Assembly: GCA_037201605.1 (NCBI GenBank)
Contig: JBBCGM010000002.1
Coordinates: 16,697-80,696 of the forward strand
DNA: 64,000 bases
Source: Candidatus Moraniibacteriota bacterium
Lineage (GTDB): Bacteria; Patescibacteriota; Minisyncoccia; Moranbacterales; UBA1568
Reading direction: 5' to 3'
The position numbers were made by a program, and so were the translations under genes. This document shows positions 1 to 11,600 of the stretch, piece by piece (positions within the stretch are counted from its first letter, which is position 1; every line of letters starts with the position of its first letter). Under the pieces are notes generated by a model that saw only the letters and a program-made list of their open reading frames with translations, ran no database searches and had not been told where the DNA came from.

Positions 1-152
1 TGAGAAGCCCGATAAAGATACGTATGGGTGAAAAGAATTTCATTTTCTTATCTTCTTCTTAAAAAAGTTTCTTTCATAATAAATATAACAGGAGAAATCA
101 CTTTTTGTTAGAGGAGAGTTTAGAAGATCTTATTTCCCAAGATAAAGAAAAT

Positions 153-182
153 GCGCCACCCAGGAATTTTCCTAGGTGGCGC
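153..182 (-). terminator. Intrinsic terminator hairpin downstream of the PEP-CTERM gene
   Basis: Inverted repeat GCGCCACCcAGG-aatttt-CCTaGGTGGCGC. On the minus strand it is followed by ATTTTCTTTAT. Confidence 0.5.
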
Positions 183-215
183 AAGATGTTGGCGTAGCCG
201 AGAAGGCCTTGCCGA

Positions 216-841
216 TTAAGCGGTGACAAGCAGCCGCTTGGAATGCCGCCGGCGCAGGGCGCCGCCGACAAGACCGAAGCCGGAGATCATCATCGCCCAG
301 GTCGCCGGTTCGGGAACCGGTGCAGACACAAGGGTGAATTGACCGTTGATATGCGCCCCCTCGCCCAGACCTTCGTCGACGCCGAAGAAGCCGGAGTTGA
401 AGATGCCATCTTCCAGATGAACATTCAGCAAGCCGCCGCCGCCAAAAGCGAGAGAAGCATTGCCGGAATTATTCCAGCTCACCACCCCCTGCTGGACGAT
501 GCCGATCAGGCTCTGGCCATAGGTGTTGCCCGGGACCGAGCCGCCGAACACCTCCGGCAACGTGAAATTGAACGTCGCGGTGATGGATTGAGGAAAGAGA
601 TCGTCCCAATCGACGGACGTCTCGAGCGTATAGAGCGTGAAGACGTTCCCCGAAAAGGACTGTCCTACGTCGAGAGTGAAGTTAAGCGGCACAAGGTCCG
701 CCACTTCGATCTCCAGCCCATTCGGGCTGTTATTGGCCGAGACCGTGGTGGTACCGCAAAAGTCGTTGCAGCCTGAGCTGTCGAAAAGGCCCCGAAGGCC
801 AGCGTGGACAGCACTAGAGCTTTGACGAATACATACTTCAT
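216..841 (-). CDS. PEP-CTERM domain secreted protein (one frameshift as assembled)
   Basis: The C-terminus VPEPATWAMMISGFGLVGGALRRR is a PEP motif, a TM helix and an Arg cluster. The signal peptide MKYVFVKALVLSTLAFGAFSTAQA (ATG at 841) sits in another frame, and the junction lies at a 4-nt run near 758-761. Local GC is very high (42/60 at 241-300). Confidence 0.75.
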
Positions 842-903
842 TACGTAATTCCCCCGTATTGTTAAGTTACATTGAGACACTATGCTACCTGCACAGCCAA
901 AAA

Positions 904-932
904 AGTGTAGCACAAAAATATTTCTTCGTCAA
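904..932 (-). promoter_or_regulatory. Sigma70-type promoter for the PEP-CTERM gene
   Basis: The minus strand reads TTGACG-17 nt-TACACT with TGc immediately upstream of the -10 box (extended -10), about 60 nt before ATG 841. Confidence 0.45.
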
Positions 933-995
933 TACAGTTTCTACAATTCAAAAAGGTTCTCTTTCCTCTTTCCTGATTCTGTCCAGAAAGAGTAA

Positions 996-1025
996 GAAAA
1001 AGAGGCTTATCTAAGCCTCCTTTTT
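996..1025 (-). terminator. Intrinsic terminator after the sortase gene
   Basis: GAGGCTTA-tc-TAAGCCTC stem flanked by an A-run and a T-run. It lies just downstream of the reconstructed sortase stop at 1040. Confidence 0.55.
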
Positions 1026-1039
1026 CAGAAATTTCCTTA

Positions 1040-1668
1040 TTATTCTTTATCCGCAAAGACCACGAGACGATCAGGATAGCTCTGAGAAGCTTCGTTCCAC
1101 GCCCTATACAAGTAATCAGGTTGAGATGAGACTTCCCGTCATTTGAAATAAACACGTCGGAAGCATCTGCCTCTGGATCATATTTCCGGCTTTCTCGAAC
1201 GATAAAAGTGCTGATTACTCCTTTCTCATCTTCGATAGAGAACGTGTCGTCTTTGCGCAGCGTATGTAAATTGTTAAACACGGTTTCTTCTCCGTTCTCC
1301 CATATTCCGCTGTGTCCTGTAATAACCGCGCTGCCACTCTCCCCGGGCCGGCTTCCGAGATTGAACCAGGCAACGTTGCCTAAGCCCTTTGGCGTATCCA
1401 TATCTCCGGAGGGAGTAAGACCCACCAATTCGACGGCGGCATCCACGTTAATTCCTGGGATTTTGAGTCGTCTTGGCGATCCAAAGCTTACTTCTTCTTG
1501 CACTATAACCGGAGGTACGATAGCCACCGTATCGTCATCGACAGATACTGCGTTTCTCTGGAACGAAATTTGGGGAACAAGATAAAAGAGGAAGATTGAA
1601 GAAAAAAGAAACGTCGTAATGACAACCCTCCATCCGGTTTGTCCAATTACTATTTTCAATATATTCAT
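1040..1668 (-). CDS. Sortase family transpeptidase (one frameshift; the 880..1668 ORF is a read-through artefact)
   Basis: N-terminal TM helix, His region AVITGHSG, and catalytic HLNLITC (TLxTC type). The expected tail AWNEASQSYPDRLVVFADKE* with the conserved Arg is in another frame after a G-run at 1102-1104, which places the stop at 1040-1042. Confidence 0.8.
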
Positions 1669-1712
1669 TTGTGAAGAGAAGAGCTAACCCGATCATCCTA
1701 CGTAGGCAGGGC

Positions 1713-2927
1713 TTAGGGCAAGAAAAGAGGAGTACTGAGCACTCTTTGAAAAAGAGTATTCCATGCGTTGCCGCTTCTTTGTTGAGGACCGACCCCTGCG
1801 TGAGGAAGTCCGGGGGTAACCGTCACCTTGGCAGTATCCGTATCCTTTACGTCCTCGCCATTGGCGGTACCTTTGGCAGTCACTGTATTCGTTTCCGTCG
1901 CCGACAGCATCTTCGTACAGGTATATTTCCAGGTTTCATCCGTATCCAGCCTCGAATCCCGGTCAATATCGCCCGAAATAAACTTTAACGGGCTGCATTT
2001 ATCATCTTTCACTGATACGTTTCTTATTGAATCATCTCCTTCGTTCTTCACTGCATAGGTGTAGGTGACCGAACCGAATCCCGAAAGAGCAGTGGGGGTC
2101 GCTTTTTTAGTCACTTCAATATCCTGGTCCTTGTCATTCTCACTGTCGTTATCACCTTCTTCTTCGGCCTCATCATCACCTTCATCCTCTTCCTCATCTT
2201 CAGGAGAGGAACATGTCGGCGCTGTGATGGTATCTACATCCGTTGAAATGGTTCCGCCAAATGCGAGGGCTCTGCCTGTCCAGGTTACAGTACTACCTAT
2301 GGTAATCCCCGAGGCATCGATATCAGTACCGACGAAGGTCGAGTTAGCGCCAAGCGTAGTAGCGCCGCCCGGAGTCCAAAACACATCGCAGGCGGAAGCT
2401 CCGCCGGTTAATACTACGGTGGAGTTAGCCGATGTGGTCAGCGCGCCAGTTATTCTAAAGATGTAGGTGCCGGTGCCGGTAAGGGTAATCGTCCCCGCTC
2501 CTCCAATACTCGCGGCACCGCTAATACAATATATTCCGGGTGAAAACTGGCCCACTCCGTCCGGAGTCGTCACGTTGGTAGCGAGATTAATCGCCCCCGG
2601 GGCATAGGAGAAATCACATGGCAATTGACTATTGAGGTCAGCCAATGCCGCAGCCTGATCTGTTCCTGCTCCGGAGTATTTCGTCGCAGGAGGACTGAAA
2701 GTACTCCCATTTACCGTAGGGGCCGTTGCTGGGCCGGTAGTATACCCCACATCCCCATTAATAGTTGTCCCCCCAACCGTATTCGTGTACGTACTGGAAA
2801 GAATGCCGAAACTGGCAGCCTGTCCAAGTTCTGGAGACGATGCTGCGCGCGTCGGTATTGGTCCGGCCAGACCAAAAATAATCGTAGCGACGAATACGAT
2901 GACCGAACCTCTATTAAGAATTTTCAT
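1713..2927 (-). CDS. Secreted DUF3494 (ice-binding-like) beta-helix protein with C-terminal LPHAG sortase-type motif
   Basis: Signal peptide, then AASFGILSSTYTNTVGGTTINGDVG, the hallmark N-terminus of the DUF3494 family. An acidic linker (EDEEEDEGDDEAEEEGDND) follows, then an Ig-like module (DIEVTKKATP...VTYTYAVKNEG), then PGLPHAG 24 aa from the end. The gene stops 45 nt upstream of the sortase start. Confidence 0.7.
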   Translation of the reverse strand: MKILNRGSVIVFVATIIFGLAGPIPTRAASSPELGQAASFGILSSTYTNTVGGTTINGDVGYTTGPATAPTVNGSTFSPPATKYSGAGTDQAAALADLNSQLPCDFSYAPGAINLATNVTTPDGVGQFSPGIYCISGAASIGGAGTITLTGTGTYIFRITGALTTSANSTVVLTGGASACDVFWTPGGATTLGANSTFVGTDIDASGITIGSTVTWTGRALAFGGTISTDVDTITAPTCSSPEDEEEDEGDDEAEEEGDNDSENDKDQDIEVTKKATPTALSGFGSVTYTYAVKNEGDDSIRNVSVKDDKCSPLKFISGDIDRDSRLDTDETWKYTCTKMLSATETNTVTAKGTANGEDVKDTDTAKVTVTPGLPHAGVGPQQRSGNAWNTLFQRVLSTPLFLP

Positions 2928-3200
2928 TATATATATTAATCAGTTGATAATGTGAGCCGATTTTTATTAATGCTAAACGTGCTCCACTACCCCTTTTGTT
3001 TGAAGGCTCTCTTCAAACCTATACGTCGGCTTACTTTTCTGTATAAGCCGGTCATTAATCGAAAATGATATGAATCCCCAGTTAGAACAAATCAAAGAAA
3101 ATACTGTAGAAGCGTATCGCGCTCTAAATCTACTCCTAATGAGCCAGAAGTCAATGATACTCCGGAAGAATCGATGGATCTCTCCTGTTATGGGTTACAG

Positions 3201-3230
3201 CAAAACAAGGGCTCCAGAGCCCTTGTTCTT
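3201..3230 (-). terminator. Terminator hairpin after the 108-aa membrane protein gene
   Basis: ACAAGGGCTC-ca-GAGCCCTTGT inverted repeat. On the minus strand it is followed by TTTTGCTG. Confidence 0.45.
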
Positions 3231-3247
3231 ATTTACAACCTCTTTTC

Positions 3248-3574
3248 TCATTTAGTCTCCACCTGTTCTTCCGAGGACTCTCCGGAAACAGAGCGGATGA
3301 GCGAAAAGAGGGTAATGCCGGATATCATAAAGAGTACGGCGATCAAAAAATCAGAGAACCTCAGAAAAAAGACGCCGTACTTGAGATCTGTAAGACCGAA
3401 GAGAAACACGATTTGCTTCAAAAAAAAGAGTGAGAAAATACCGGCCAGAATTTTGAGATAGCGATCCAAGCGCTTCTCGGCCCGCCAGATACTGTCCATG
3501 AGAAAGAGAAGGCCTCCGAGAGTGAGGATAACGGTCACGAGAGAGAGAAAGGGATCGAAAGAAATCATAGGCAA
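3248..3574 (-). CDS. Small integral membrane protein, function unknown
   Basis: 108-aa ORF with three hydrophobic helices and an acidic C-terminus. It sits 5 nt downstream of the preceding gene. Confidence 0.5.
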   Translation of the reverse strand: MPMISFDPFLSLVTVILTLGGLLFLMDSIWRAEKRLDRYLKILAGIFSLFFLKQIVFLFGLTDLKYGVFFLRFSDFLIAVLFMISGITLFSLIRSVSGESSEEQVETK

Positions 3575-3579
3575 GGAAT

Positions 3580-4713
3580 TTAGAGAAATGCTTGGAGATT
3601 CTTTTCGCTCACCATGCGAATCCGCTGGCGTAAAGTGAGGAAACGCACGAATTCGAAGTAGGAAAGGAGGATAAAGAGAAAAAGAATGAATACCAGGGTG
3701 ATATATATAGTAGTATAGTCGATACGCCCAATCGGTGAAATGCCCAAGACTCCCTCTCCGCGTATGGTAAATTCGGCAATACTTTCTGCCATCATATTCC
3801 TGGAAGGCACCCGTACAATGAGCCGGTATTTTCCTTCTGGAATTTCAGGATGGGTATAGAAGGTCTTTAGGTACCGCAGCTGGGTAGAAACGGCGACCGT
3901 TTCCTTCTGGCGTATGACTACCTCATTTGCTTCGTTGAGAATAAGGTATTCGACCTCGGTATCAATAATGCTCGCGGGATCGCCGAAATTGATAAGGCGG
4001 ATATCGGCCAGCACATCCTCTCCCGGTGGGATGACCAGAGAATTCCTGAGAACCTTAGCCCGGACGTCAAAAAGTGCTGGAGTGGCACTGTTCCCAAAAG
4101 TCTCCTGCCACTCCGGTACCGGAATAGGTGCCGCGTTGAGCACGGAAAAGACAAGAGTAGTTTCTGCGTGAATCTCTGCATGCTCCGGATATTCTGCACG
4201 GACGGAGAGGCTGAAGGTTCCATCGGGGAAAGGCTGTTGCAGCTGGACATGCCAATTGCCGTCGCCATCTGCCGTTACATTTGATCGGAGAGAGAAGTCA
4301 CCATACCGGAAAATCAAAATGATATCGGCATTTCGTATATTGGTGTGGCCCTCAAAAGCGAGGCGGGCGCTGGAAAAAGTAAATTTTCCATCTGCTTGGC
4401 TGAAAAGGATTCCAGAGGTATTCGAAGGCAGGACGGTGAGAGAAGGCAGGAACTCTTTTTCGACCGCCTTTTCGGATTCATCATCATCGTCATCGTTGTC
4501 ATCCCTTTCTTCAGTAACACTCGTAGGACCGACCGCTACCTGGCCGATTTGTGCCGTGACCATCACATCCTGGGCTTCTGCGAGGCGAAAAGAAAAAAGA
4601 GCGCCTCCTAGAGCCAGGAGTGCGATCGTGAGATAGGAAAACAGAACCATTGCATGCCGGCGGAGCTGTTTTTGGTGTAACGAAGTTTTTGCCATAGATC
4701 TCTTACGAATCAA
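3580..4713 (-). CDS. Membrane-anchored surface protein, function unknown
   Basis: N-terminal TM helix (FSYLTIALLALGGALF), an acidic linker (ERDDNDDDDDESE), a beta-rich ectodomain, and a C-terminal TM helix (IYITLVFILFLFILLSYF) with a basic tail. I recognise no family. Confidence 0.55.
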   Translation of the reverse strand: MIRKRSMAKTSLHQKQLRRHAMVLFSYLTIALLALGGALFSFRLAEAQDVMVTAQIGQVAVGPTSVTEERDDNDDDDDESEKAVEKEFLPSLTVLPSNTSGILFSQADGKFTFSSARLAFEGHTNIRNADIILIFRYGDFSLRSNVTADGDGNWHVQLQQPFPDGTFSLSVRAEYPEHAEIHAETTLVFSVLNAAPIPVPEWQETFGNSATPALFDVRAKVLRNSLVIPPGEDVLADIRLINFGDPASIIDTEVEYLILNEANEVVIRQKETVAVSTQLRYLKTFYTHPEIPEGKYRLIVRVPSRNMMAESIAEFTIRGEGVLGISPIGRIDYTTIYITLVFILFLFILLSYFEFVRFLTLRQRIRMVSEKNLQAFL

Positions 4714-4785
4714 CAGACTCGTTTTCCTACTCCCATAACCGTTGGGCGAGGGGATCCCGAATGTGCTATTCGTTCATATTGGGAA

Positions 4786-5570
4786 TCACTCGCCTGAAGC
4801 GCTCTCATTGCCCACGATGACCGCGAGATCCGCATTTTCAGGCGCAACCTCCCCTTCCGGAAGCTCCCCCGCCTTTCCTCCGATGCCTGAGCCAATTGGG
4901 CAGCCTGTTCTGACCTCTCTCCCCTCAAATCAACGACCAAAGTATCGCTATAATCATTCCGATGAGCGTTTTCTTTCGAGACCACGGCGAGTGTCGGAAG
5001 TTTTTGATTGATTTCAGCCTCAAGAGGGCCTGTCGCCTCCGTTTGGCGAGAACCGTTGAGAATGGTTACCCGGGTAATGGGAGAAGTTGGCGCACTTTCT
5101 GCTTGAGGCAAAGAAGTCTCGTCTTCCGCAGGAAGCTTGATAGAAACAACGTTGACCACCTTTTGCAGACTCGGGCGATAGAGAATGGCTACCCCTGCCT
5201 CACGGTAGATGAGTACCTGGTCTCCGTTCTCTGCTTTTTGAAAAAAGGGCTCCTCTGCGAGCTTCTCGCGATCCTTAACGGTCGCGAGCGTAGGCTCTTC
5301 TCCTTCCGGCAAGACCAGAAACTTTCCGATTTTCTCTACAATCTCGTTCGTCGTTTCTACATTTTTTACCTCTGAAGTCTCTTTGGATTGCAGATAGAAG
5401 TACGCGGCCGCTGCGCCGCTAACCAGTACGAGGAGAATCAAAATAAAAAAAACTCCTAGGACAAGTCGTTTCTTGAATGAGGATGATCCTTGAGGATGAA
5501 GACGTCTTGATCCTGAAAGCATACGTTTATGAAAAAATTTCTCTTTGATTATACTATACGGAAAGCCCAA
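4786..5570 (-). CDS. LytR_C domain membrane protein (one frameshift; the uninterrupted ORF is 4710..5570)
   Basis: N-terminal TM helix, then ITRVTILNGSRQTEATGPLEAEINQKLP...TLVVDLRG, which is typical of LytR/CpsA/Psr C-terminal domains. The canonical end GGKAGELPEGEVAPENADLAVIVGNESASGE* is readable in the neighbouring frame with its stop at 4786-4788. Confidence 0.7.
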
Positions 5571-5609
5571 GAGCGACTTCGCACTCCTAGCACTAGGCGC
5601 TAGACCTTG

Positions 5610-8600
5610 TTAGCGGATTTCCGAAACCTCTTCTTTCATCGCTTCTTCAACCACTCCCTCTTCGTTCGCCTGCGGAGCTACTACCTCCTCAAGTATGGCC
5701 TCTTCTTCCGGTTTCCTCCTTCTTTGAAACTTTTTCTTCCTCATATGAAACAGGTTCCTCGTCGGAGGAAAACGCATGGGCTTTCTTCACACTGAGAGCA
5801 ATCCAGCTGAACTGAAGCTCCTGGGAAGCCGGCTTGTTTAAGCGGATAGTGAAGCCTTTTTGGCTCTTATTCACAATGACGTAGCGGGTGTCGCTTTCAA
5901 AGTACGCATCCACAAAATACTCCTCGGCTCGGCGGGAATCCTTTTTGGTTTCTTCTTCTACCTTGCGTCATCCAAGAGGACGCTGCGATCATAAGAGAGG
6001 CTGGCCGAGATGACCGGCTGGAATTCATAAGGAGTTTCAAATTGAATGTCGACTTCTCTTTGGCCTTTGCCGATAAGAGCAAACCCCGCCGTATCCGCTG
6101 AAAAAGTCGGCGCCGAAGCAAATTCGACTGTCCCCCCGAATACCACTCCTTCCATAAAGGTGGCGAGCTTCGCAAAGACCGTTTCGCCCCGGAACTCGGC
6201 ATCACCTCCTACGATCATTCCTCCGTTTACCGAAAGTTTTCCGAGCACGTCGAGCGTCAGCGCCACTTGGGCGCTTTTGATTTTGAGCATGTTCCCGGCA
6301 GCCTCCAGGGCATTCCCCTCAGAAGAGGCCAGCGCCCCGGAGAGCTGCTGGTATTTCTCGCCCAGGTCGGAAATCTGATTGGTATAGATTTCCAATCCTT
6401 CGATCGAATCCGCTTTGATACTCTTGGCAAATATTTGGTCTGCAATAAGTGTCGGCGTAATGATGTCGCGTGAGGCGCTTATGCGGCCCGTATAGATTTC
6501 TGAACCTGTTTCTTTCTCATCCTTCATCTTTTTGAGAAATGCGAGCACTTTTTCCTGCTCACCCGAACCTGCCCCAAAACGGATGCTTGTCTGGTTGTTC
6601 GCAAGCCCCGTTGACGCGCTCTCCTGCTCTGCATCGACAGCCAGTCCCTCGTCATAGCGGTTCATAGCAACTTCAATCGTTTCCCCGCGGTAATCGCTCA
6701 GATTAACGAAGGTAAGCACGGTGGTACACAGGAGAGCTTTATGGTCCTCGGGATCCTCTCCTTCGCACACCGCCCAGTCAGCCGCATCAGAAAGAACGGT
6801 TCCCAAAGTCTGTCCTGATTGACTCGCCCGCATAGCGTATCCTGGGCGAGAAGAGGCTGTAAGCCGATCTCCGGCGTAGAACATGCCGTTTTCATTCGTT
6901 ACTTTGACCGGTACGCGTCCTACGAGAGCCACTGGGTAGGCGTTTTCCTGGCTCTGGCCCAACACGATACCAGGAGCGGTAGCTACCACCCCAAGCGCAT
7001 TCTCTTGGTACGCTTTCGTCGTCTTGAGAACGCCTGCGGGAGAAGCTCCGTCGAGCGCGACCACCTCTCCGGCCTGTAGAGGTTCCTGAGAGTAGTAATT
7101 TTCCGCCAAGTCGGCGCCGCCGGAAAGGCCGACTTCAAGACTTGTGCCGGTAATCGTGTCGGCGAGAAGCTCGCTTCGTATATCAAACAACTTGCTCTGA
7201 ATATAATCCATGGCTTGCCCGAGTCTGATGTCTTGCGTTTCGAGCCACGTATGCGCATCGGTACCAAAAATCATCGTGCGCGTAGTAATGTCGATAGAGC
7301 GAATGTCATTAGAGTCAGTGCCCGTCCATTCCACCCCGTTATCATCAAGCTGCTTCGCGTCAGCATGATACACGTCAGCTATGACATTCGGGCCGGCCTG
7401 ATGGTTGTAACAGGTAATGCCGCCGCCATCCGCTCCATCGCTGGTGCCGGCACAGAGCATGCGCGCCTCTCCCAGAGTAGAAAATTTGGAAACACCGACA
7501 GCCTTAACGATATTCGAGCTTCCGAAGAGTGCTTCAGGGTCGACTTTGAAGTCATCGTTGGAGCTGGGCGTCGTCGTAAAAGCGGGACTGACCGTAATGG
7601 TATTGGTCGTATTAGCAATAATGCGGCGTGTCTGCTTAATACCCGAACCGCTGTTAATCTTCACAATACTTCCCGTGAGCTCGTTTGCGAGCCAGCCCGG
7701 TGTTGAACTGTCCGTAATCACGGTCGAAGTATAGGAAACCGTGTCGGCGGCGCCGTTGTAGACCTTTCTGCCTAAGGTCGGACGGGCATCATTATAGAGG
7801 CGACGGGCCTGGATCTGGGTTAACTGGTCATTGGTTGTGGCGCCGCCCGCACTGATAGTGACATCGTCAATGGAACCATTCCAGAAAGAGTTAGCGGCAG
7901 CTGAAGCGCAAGCGGCCGCATTGCACGTAGCGCCAATGGCAAAGATTGCAGTAGCGCCGCCCGTTTCCAAACTGGCGGTGGTCGCGCCGACGGAGGTGCT
8001 CGCCACCTGCACTCCGTCAATCACCAAAGTCAGGTTACCCGCGGCATTGGTGCGCGTAGCAACCAAATGATGCCACTGGTTATCCAGATAAGTCTGGGTG
8101 CTCGTGGTGCTCACTTCCGGGAAAGTAGTGGCGTCGTCGTCAATACCAAACTGGATAGTACCGGAGGTATTCATAAAAACACGGTACCCGCCCACGTTTG
8201 CACCGGCGAAGGTATGGTCGACCAGGGTCTGAGCGGCAGCCGGGGCGCTGGCAGCGTGTTTAAACCACAGCTGTATACTGAAACCCGCCGTTCCTACCCG
8301 GTAGTCGGCATCGGTTTCACAGGTGCCGTCGGCAGCCTGGTCGTTGCAGAGATAGCCGTTGGTACCGTTGGGCGTGATGGCCAGTCCACGAACGCCGTTG
8401 CCCCCGAACGTTACGGTGCCCTTGGCCGAAAGGGAATTATTGCGGAACGAAGAGTCCGTGGCAGGAGCGGCTGTCTGACTGAACATGAAGGCTCCTTTGA
8501 TAGTGGCCGGCATGAAGGCGGTCTGCTCCGTAATATTATAAAACTTAGACCAGCCGGCCGTTCCCTTGTTCGGTGCCGTGCCCAAAGAAACGTTATCGTC

Positions 8601-11600
8601 AATTTCCGTCAGACCTTGGCTGGTACCGACATAGATGATATCAGAGTTATCTTCCGAAAGTGAGCCTCGCTCGATCACATCCAGAGCATCGGGAGTATTG
8701 GTAGCGATGGTAGGGGCGGCCTTCGAAAGGGCAGGTACCGTCGTCTCATCCCAGACCATTTCAGGGGTACCGTTAAGCCTTGTGGCCACGTTGGAATCGG
8801 TATCGATATTTTCCCAACGCTCGGCTTGGCCCAAAGTGGAGTTCAATCCGTAGAGTCTCCCCCGCCGCGTCAGAGATACCGCCTGATAATCGTTGTCCGT
8901 CTGGTCCGAATAATAAAGGATCTTGTTGGCTGAGAGATTGATATTAGCTAATCCGGAATCGGTGGCGACCGCCACCATCGTCACGCCGTTTACCGCATTC
9001 GTGGTAGTGCTCCCCCACATGACCGCGGCCGAGACGTCATTCACCGTTTTCCAGCCGGTATTGGCTCCTAGATCGAGGTTGGTGTTATTGTCGGTCCCAT
9101 AGGTCACTGCCGTATTACGGCTTCCGATACCCACGTTTCCCTGGCTCCGATCGGTATCGTCATAGTTGTACATGCGGTCATTGATAAAATCGATGGCATA
9201 GAGTCCGCCAGCGGCGCTCCCGTTCGCGCCCACGTAGACAACCCCGTTTAAAGCATAGACGCTGGACGGCTCATTGTTCGTGTCAACGCCTAGGGCGTAC
9301 CCAGAGGCATTCTGACTGAACTTCATCCACATATTGCCGTTGGTCGCGTCGAAAATATACAGAGCATTGGTCGTGACCACTAGAATCGCCTTACGGGGGA
9401 AAGAGTCTGAATAACAGCGATCCATACTGGAAATATTGCAGGGAGTGCTGGGGCTGTCATCGAGCGTTTCCGTAAACCAAGAAAGCTTGTCTGTCGTGGC
9501 CCAGTCGATCCAGCGGCCGCCATCATTATCGGTCGAGGTATCATACACAAAAACGTCTCTGATATTGGTAAGCGACTGGATCTGCCGTAAGCCTTTGGTA
9601 ATAACTTCGCCGTAAGTGGCTGAATTGCCGCGATTCGTCGCCGCCCCCACTTGCAGCAACCGCTCGGTAGTACCGGTGATTGTGGAAGTTCCGACACCGA
9701 CCCGCCCGTCGGCATCAACGATAAAGGGCGAGGTGTCGCCCGAAGTGTCGTCGATCCGCAGTCCGTTCCCCGTGCCGCGATTGTCAATGAGGAAAGCGTC
9801 CATCAGAGCAGCCGCATTGAGCTGTTCTACCTTGAAAGCAAAAGTGCTGTCAGATCCAGAGGAAGCGGGGTTGCTTACCACGATGCTGTCATCTGCTGAA
9901 GTGAGGGAGATGGTGGCGTTTGATCCGTCCGCATCTGACTCGTACGTGCCCTGCAGGTCGCTGCTCCCGCCGCCCGCGATCGTACACTCCGTCTGCGAAG
10001 CGTTATCTACGCAGGTCACTCCGGACCCCAGGAAAGCCAGCGTGGTGCGCGCGGTCAATCCCGTTACCTCGTCTTTGATGAGGCTGTATCCTCCTCCGCC
10101 GGAAAGCGCCGACCAGGCAGTGCCGTTATACGCAATGATCTGGTTGCCCGATGCGTCCCACGCAATATAGCCTTCGCCCGAAGTCGGATTCGAAGGAGAA
10201 GCCGAAGCTGCATTAGGCAGGCGCAGCCCCTGGTTCGCCGTGGTGCTATGCGTAATGAGGCCGAGGTCAACGTACGAGAGAGCCACAGCGGAAAGCGACT
10301 GGCCGCCTGCGAGGCTGATACCGCCATTGGCCGTGAGAACCCCCGCAAGTGTCAGCGCACCGGTCGAAGCCACGAAATCCGTCCCGGTATTACCGATATT
10401 CGTCAGGATGTTGCTTCCGGCATCCAGAGTACCTGAAAGCGTATGGGCTCCCACGGTATCGCTTGCCGCATCAAAGGTAATGCCGCCGTTTGCGGCCAGA
10501 GCAGAAGAAGCGGTAATGGCCGAAGCCCCGAGCGTACCCGTGAAGTTCGGTGAAGCCGAAAACACCAGGTTGGTGCTCGTCGTTCCGGTGGTACCGCTCG
10601 CGGCGTTTAGATAATTCAGCTGGGTACCGGTCGCCGTAACGGAAGTAGCCCCTACAGTGAAAGGACTGGGGAGCGTCACGGTGCCGGTAAACGTAGGCGA
10701 TTCCAGGAAGGCAAAGGTTTTCCTGGCTGCGCCGGTAGTGATGGTAGCGTAGTAAGCGTCCGAGAGAAATTCTACCGCGCCGGCTTCGGGAGCGCTCATG
10801 AGAGAGCCCGAGGTAAACTTGAGCGGAGCGGTGTTGGCGCTCGTGGTGCCGGCCGCAAGATGCAGGTAAGCAGTGGGGGCACTGAGGCCGATACCGACTT
10901 TTCCGCTGCCATCAACCACAAAAGGCGTCGTATCTCCCGAAACGTCATCGATCCGCAGGGCGAGATTATTGGTTCCGGTCGCGTAATGCTTTATGGAAAA
11001 AGAAGTATTGGCATTGGACGTACCGGTGTTGGAAAGAGTCAGAAGCGAACCCGTATTGGAAGCGCTGGATCCGGAAAGCGTGATTTCTTGGAGAGAGCCC
11101 GTAAAGGCGCTAGCTGAAGAAGCAAGCGTTAGGGCTTTTCCGGAAGTGAGGCCGTTTGCGGTCACTGAAACGCCCGTTTCTGCATCAATAGAATTGGCCG
11201 TTATATTGATCGCATTGGCGGCACTCGAAGAGGAAACGAGATCCACGGCAATGCCCGTCCCGGACTGCGTCACCTTAAGCGCCGTGCCGGTCCCGCCGGC
11301 GGCACCATAGGTCACTTCCAAGGCGTCCTGGCTGCCCGAAGCCGGATTGTAGCTTATGTTGGCTGCGTCCTGGGCGGTCGCTGTCGCGTCAATATCGATA
11401 AAGCCGTCGCTCACCAGGTTTTTGGCGTTGAGCGCCTGAGGGACGGCGCCGATGCGCTTGCGATTGCTAAAGGTTTCCCATGAGGTGGTCGCCGTATTGT
11501 AAATTTCTACCTGAAGGTAGTAGGTGTCCGCATTGAAATCGATAAGCGCATTGCCCGTGCCGCTGCCCAGAAGGATTGAGAAGAGGCCGCGGGATACGGC

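Noticed and set aside
243-776. 177-aa plus-strand ORF opposite the PEP-CTERM gene
   Set aside because: This is a shadow ORF on the antisense strand of a ~70% GC coding region. It has no recognisable motifs, whereas the minus strand carries a textbook signal peptide and PEP-CTERM tail.
880-1039. 3' part of the 262-aa 'sortase' ORF running through a terminator and a promoter
   Set aside because: This is a read-through artefact of a 1-nt indel in a G-run (1102-1104). The correct frame ends at 1040 with the conserved ...RLVVFADKE* tail.
3070-3255. 61-aa plus-strand ORF between the DUF3494 gene and the small membrane gene
   Set aside because: It runs through the terminator hairpin at 3201-3230 and lies in the likely promoter region of the minus-strand operon. 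It has no supporting RBS or family similarity.
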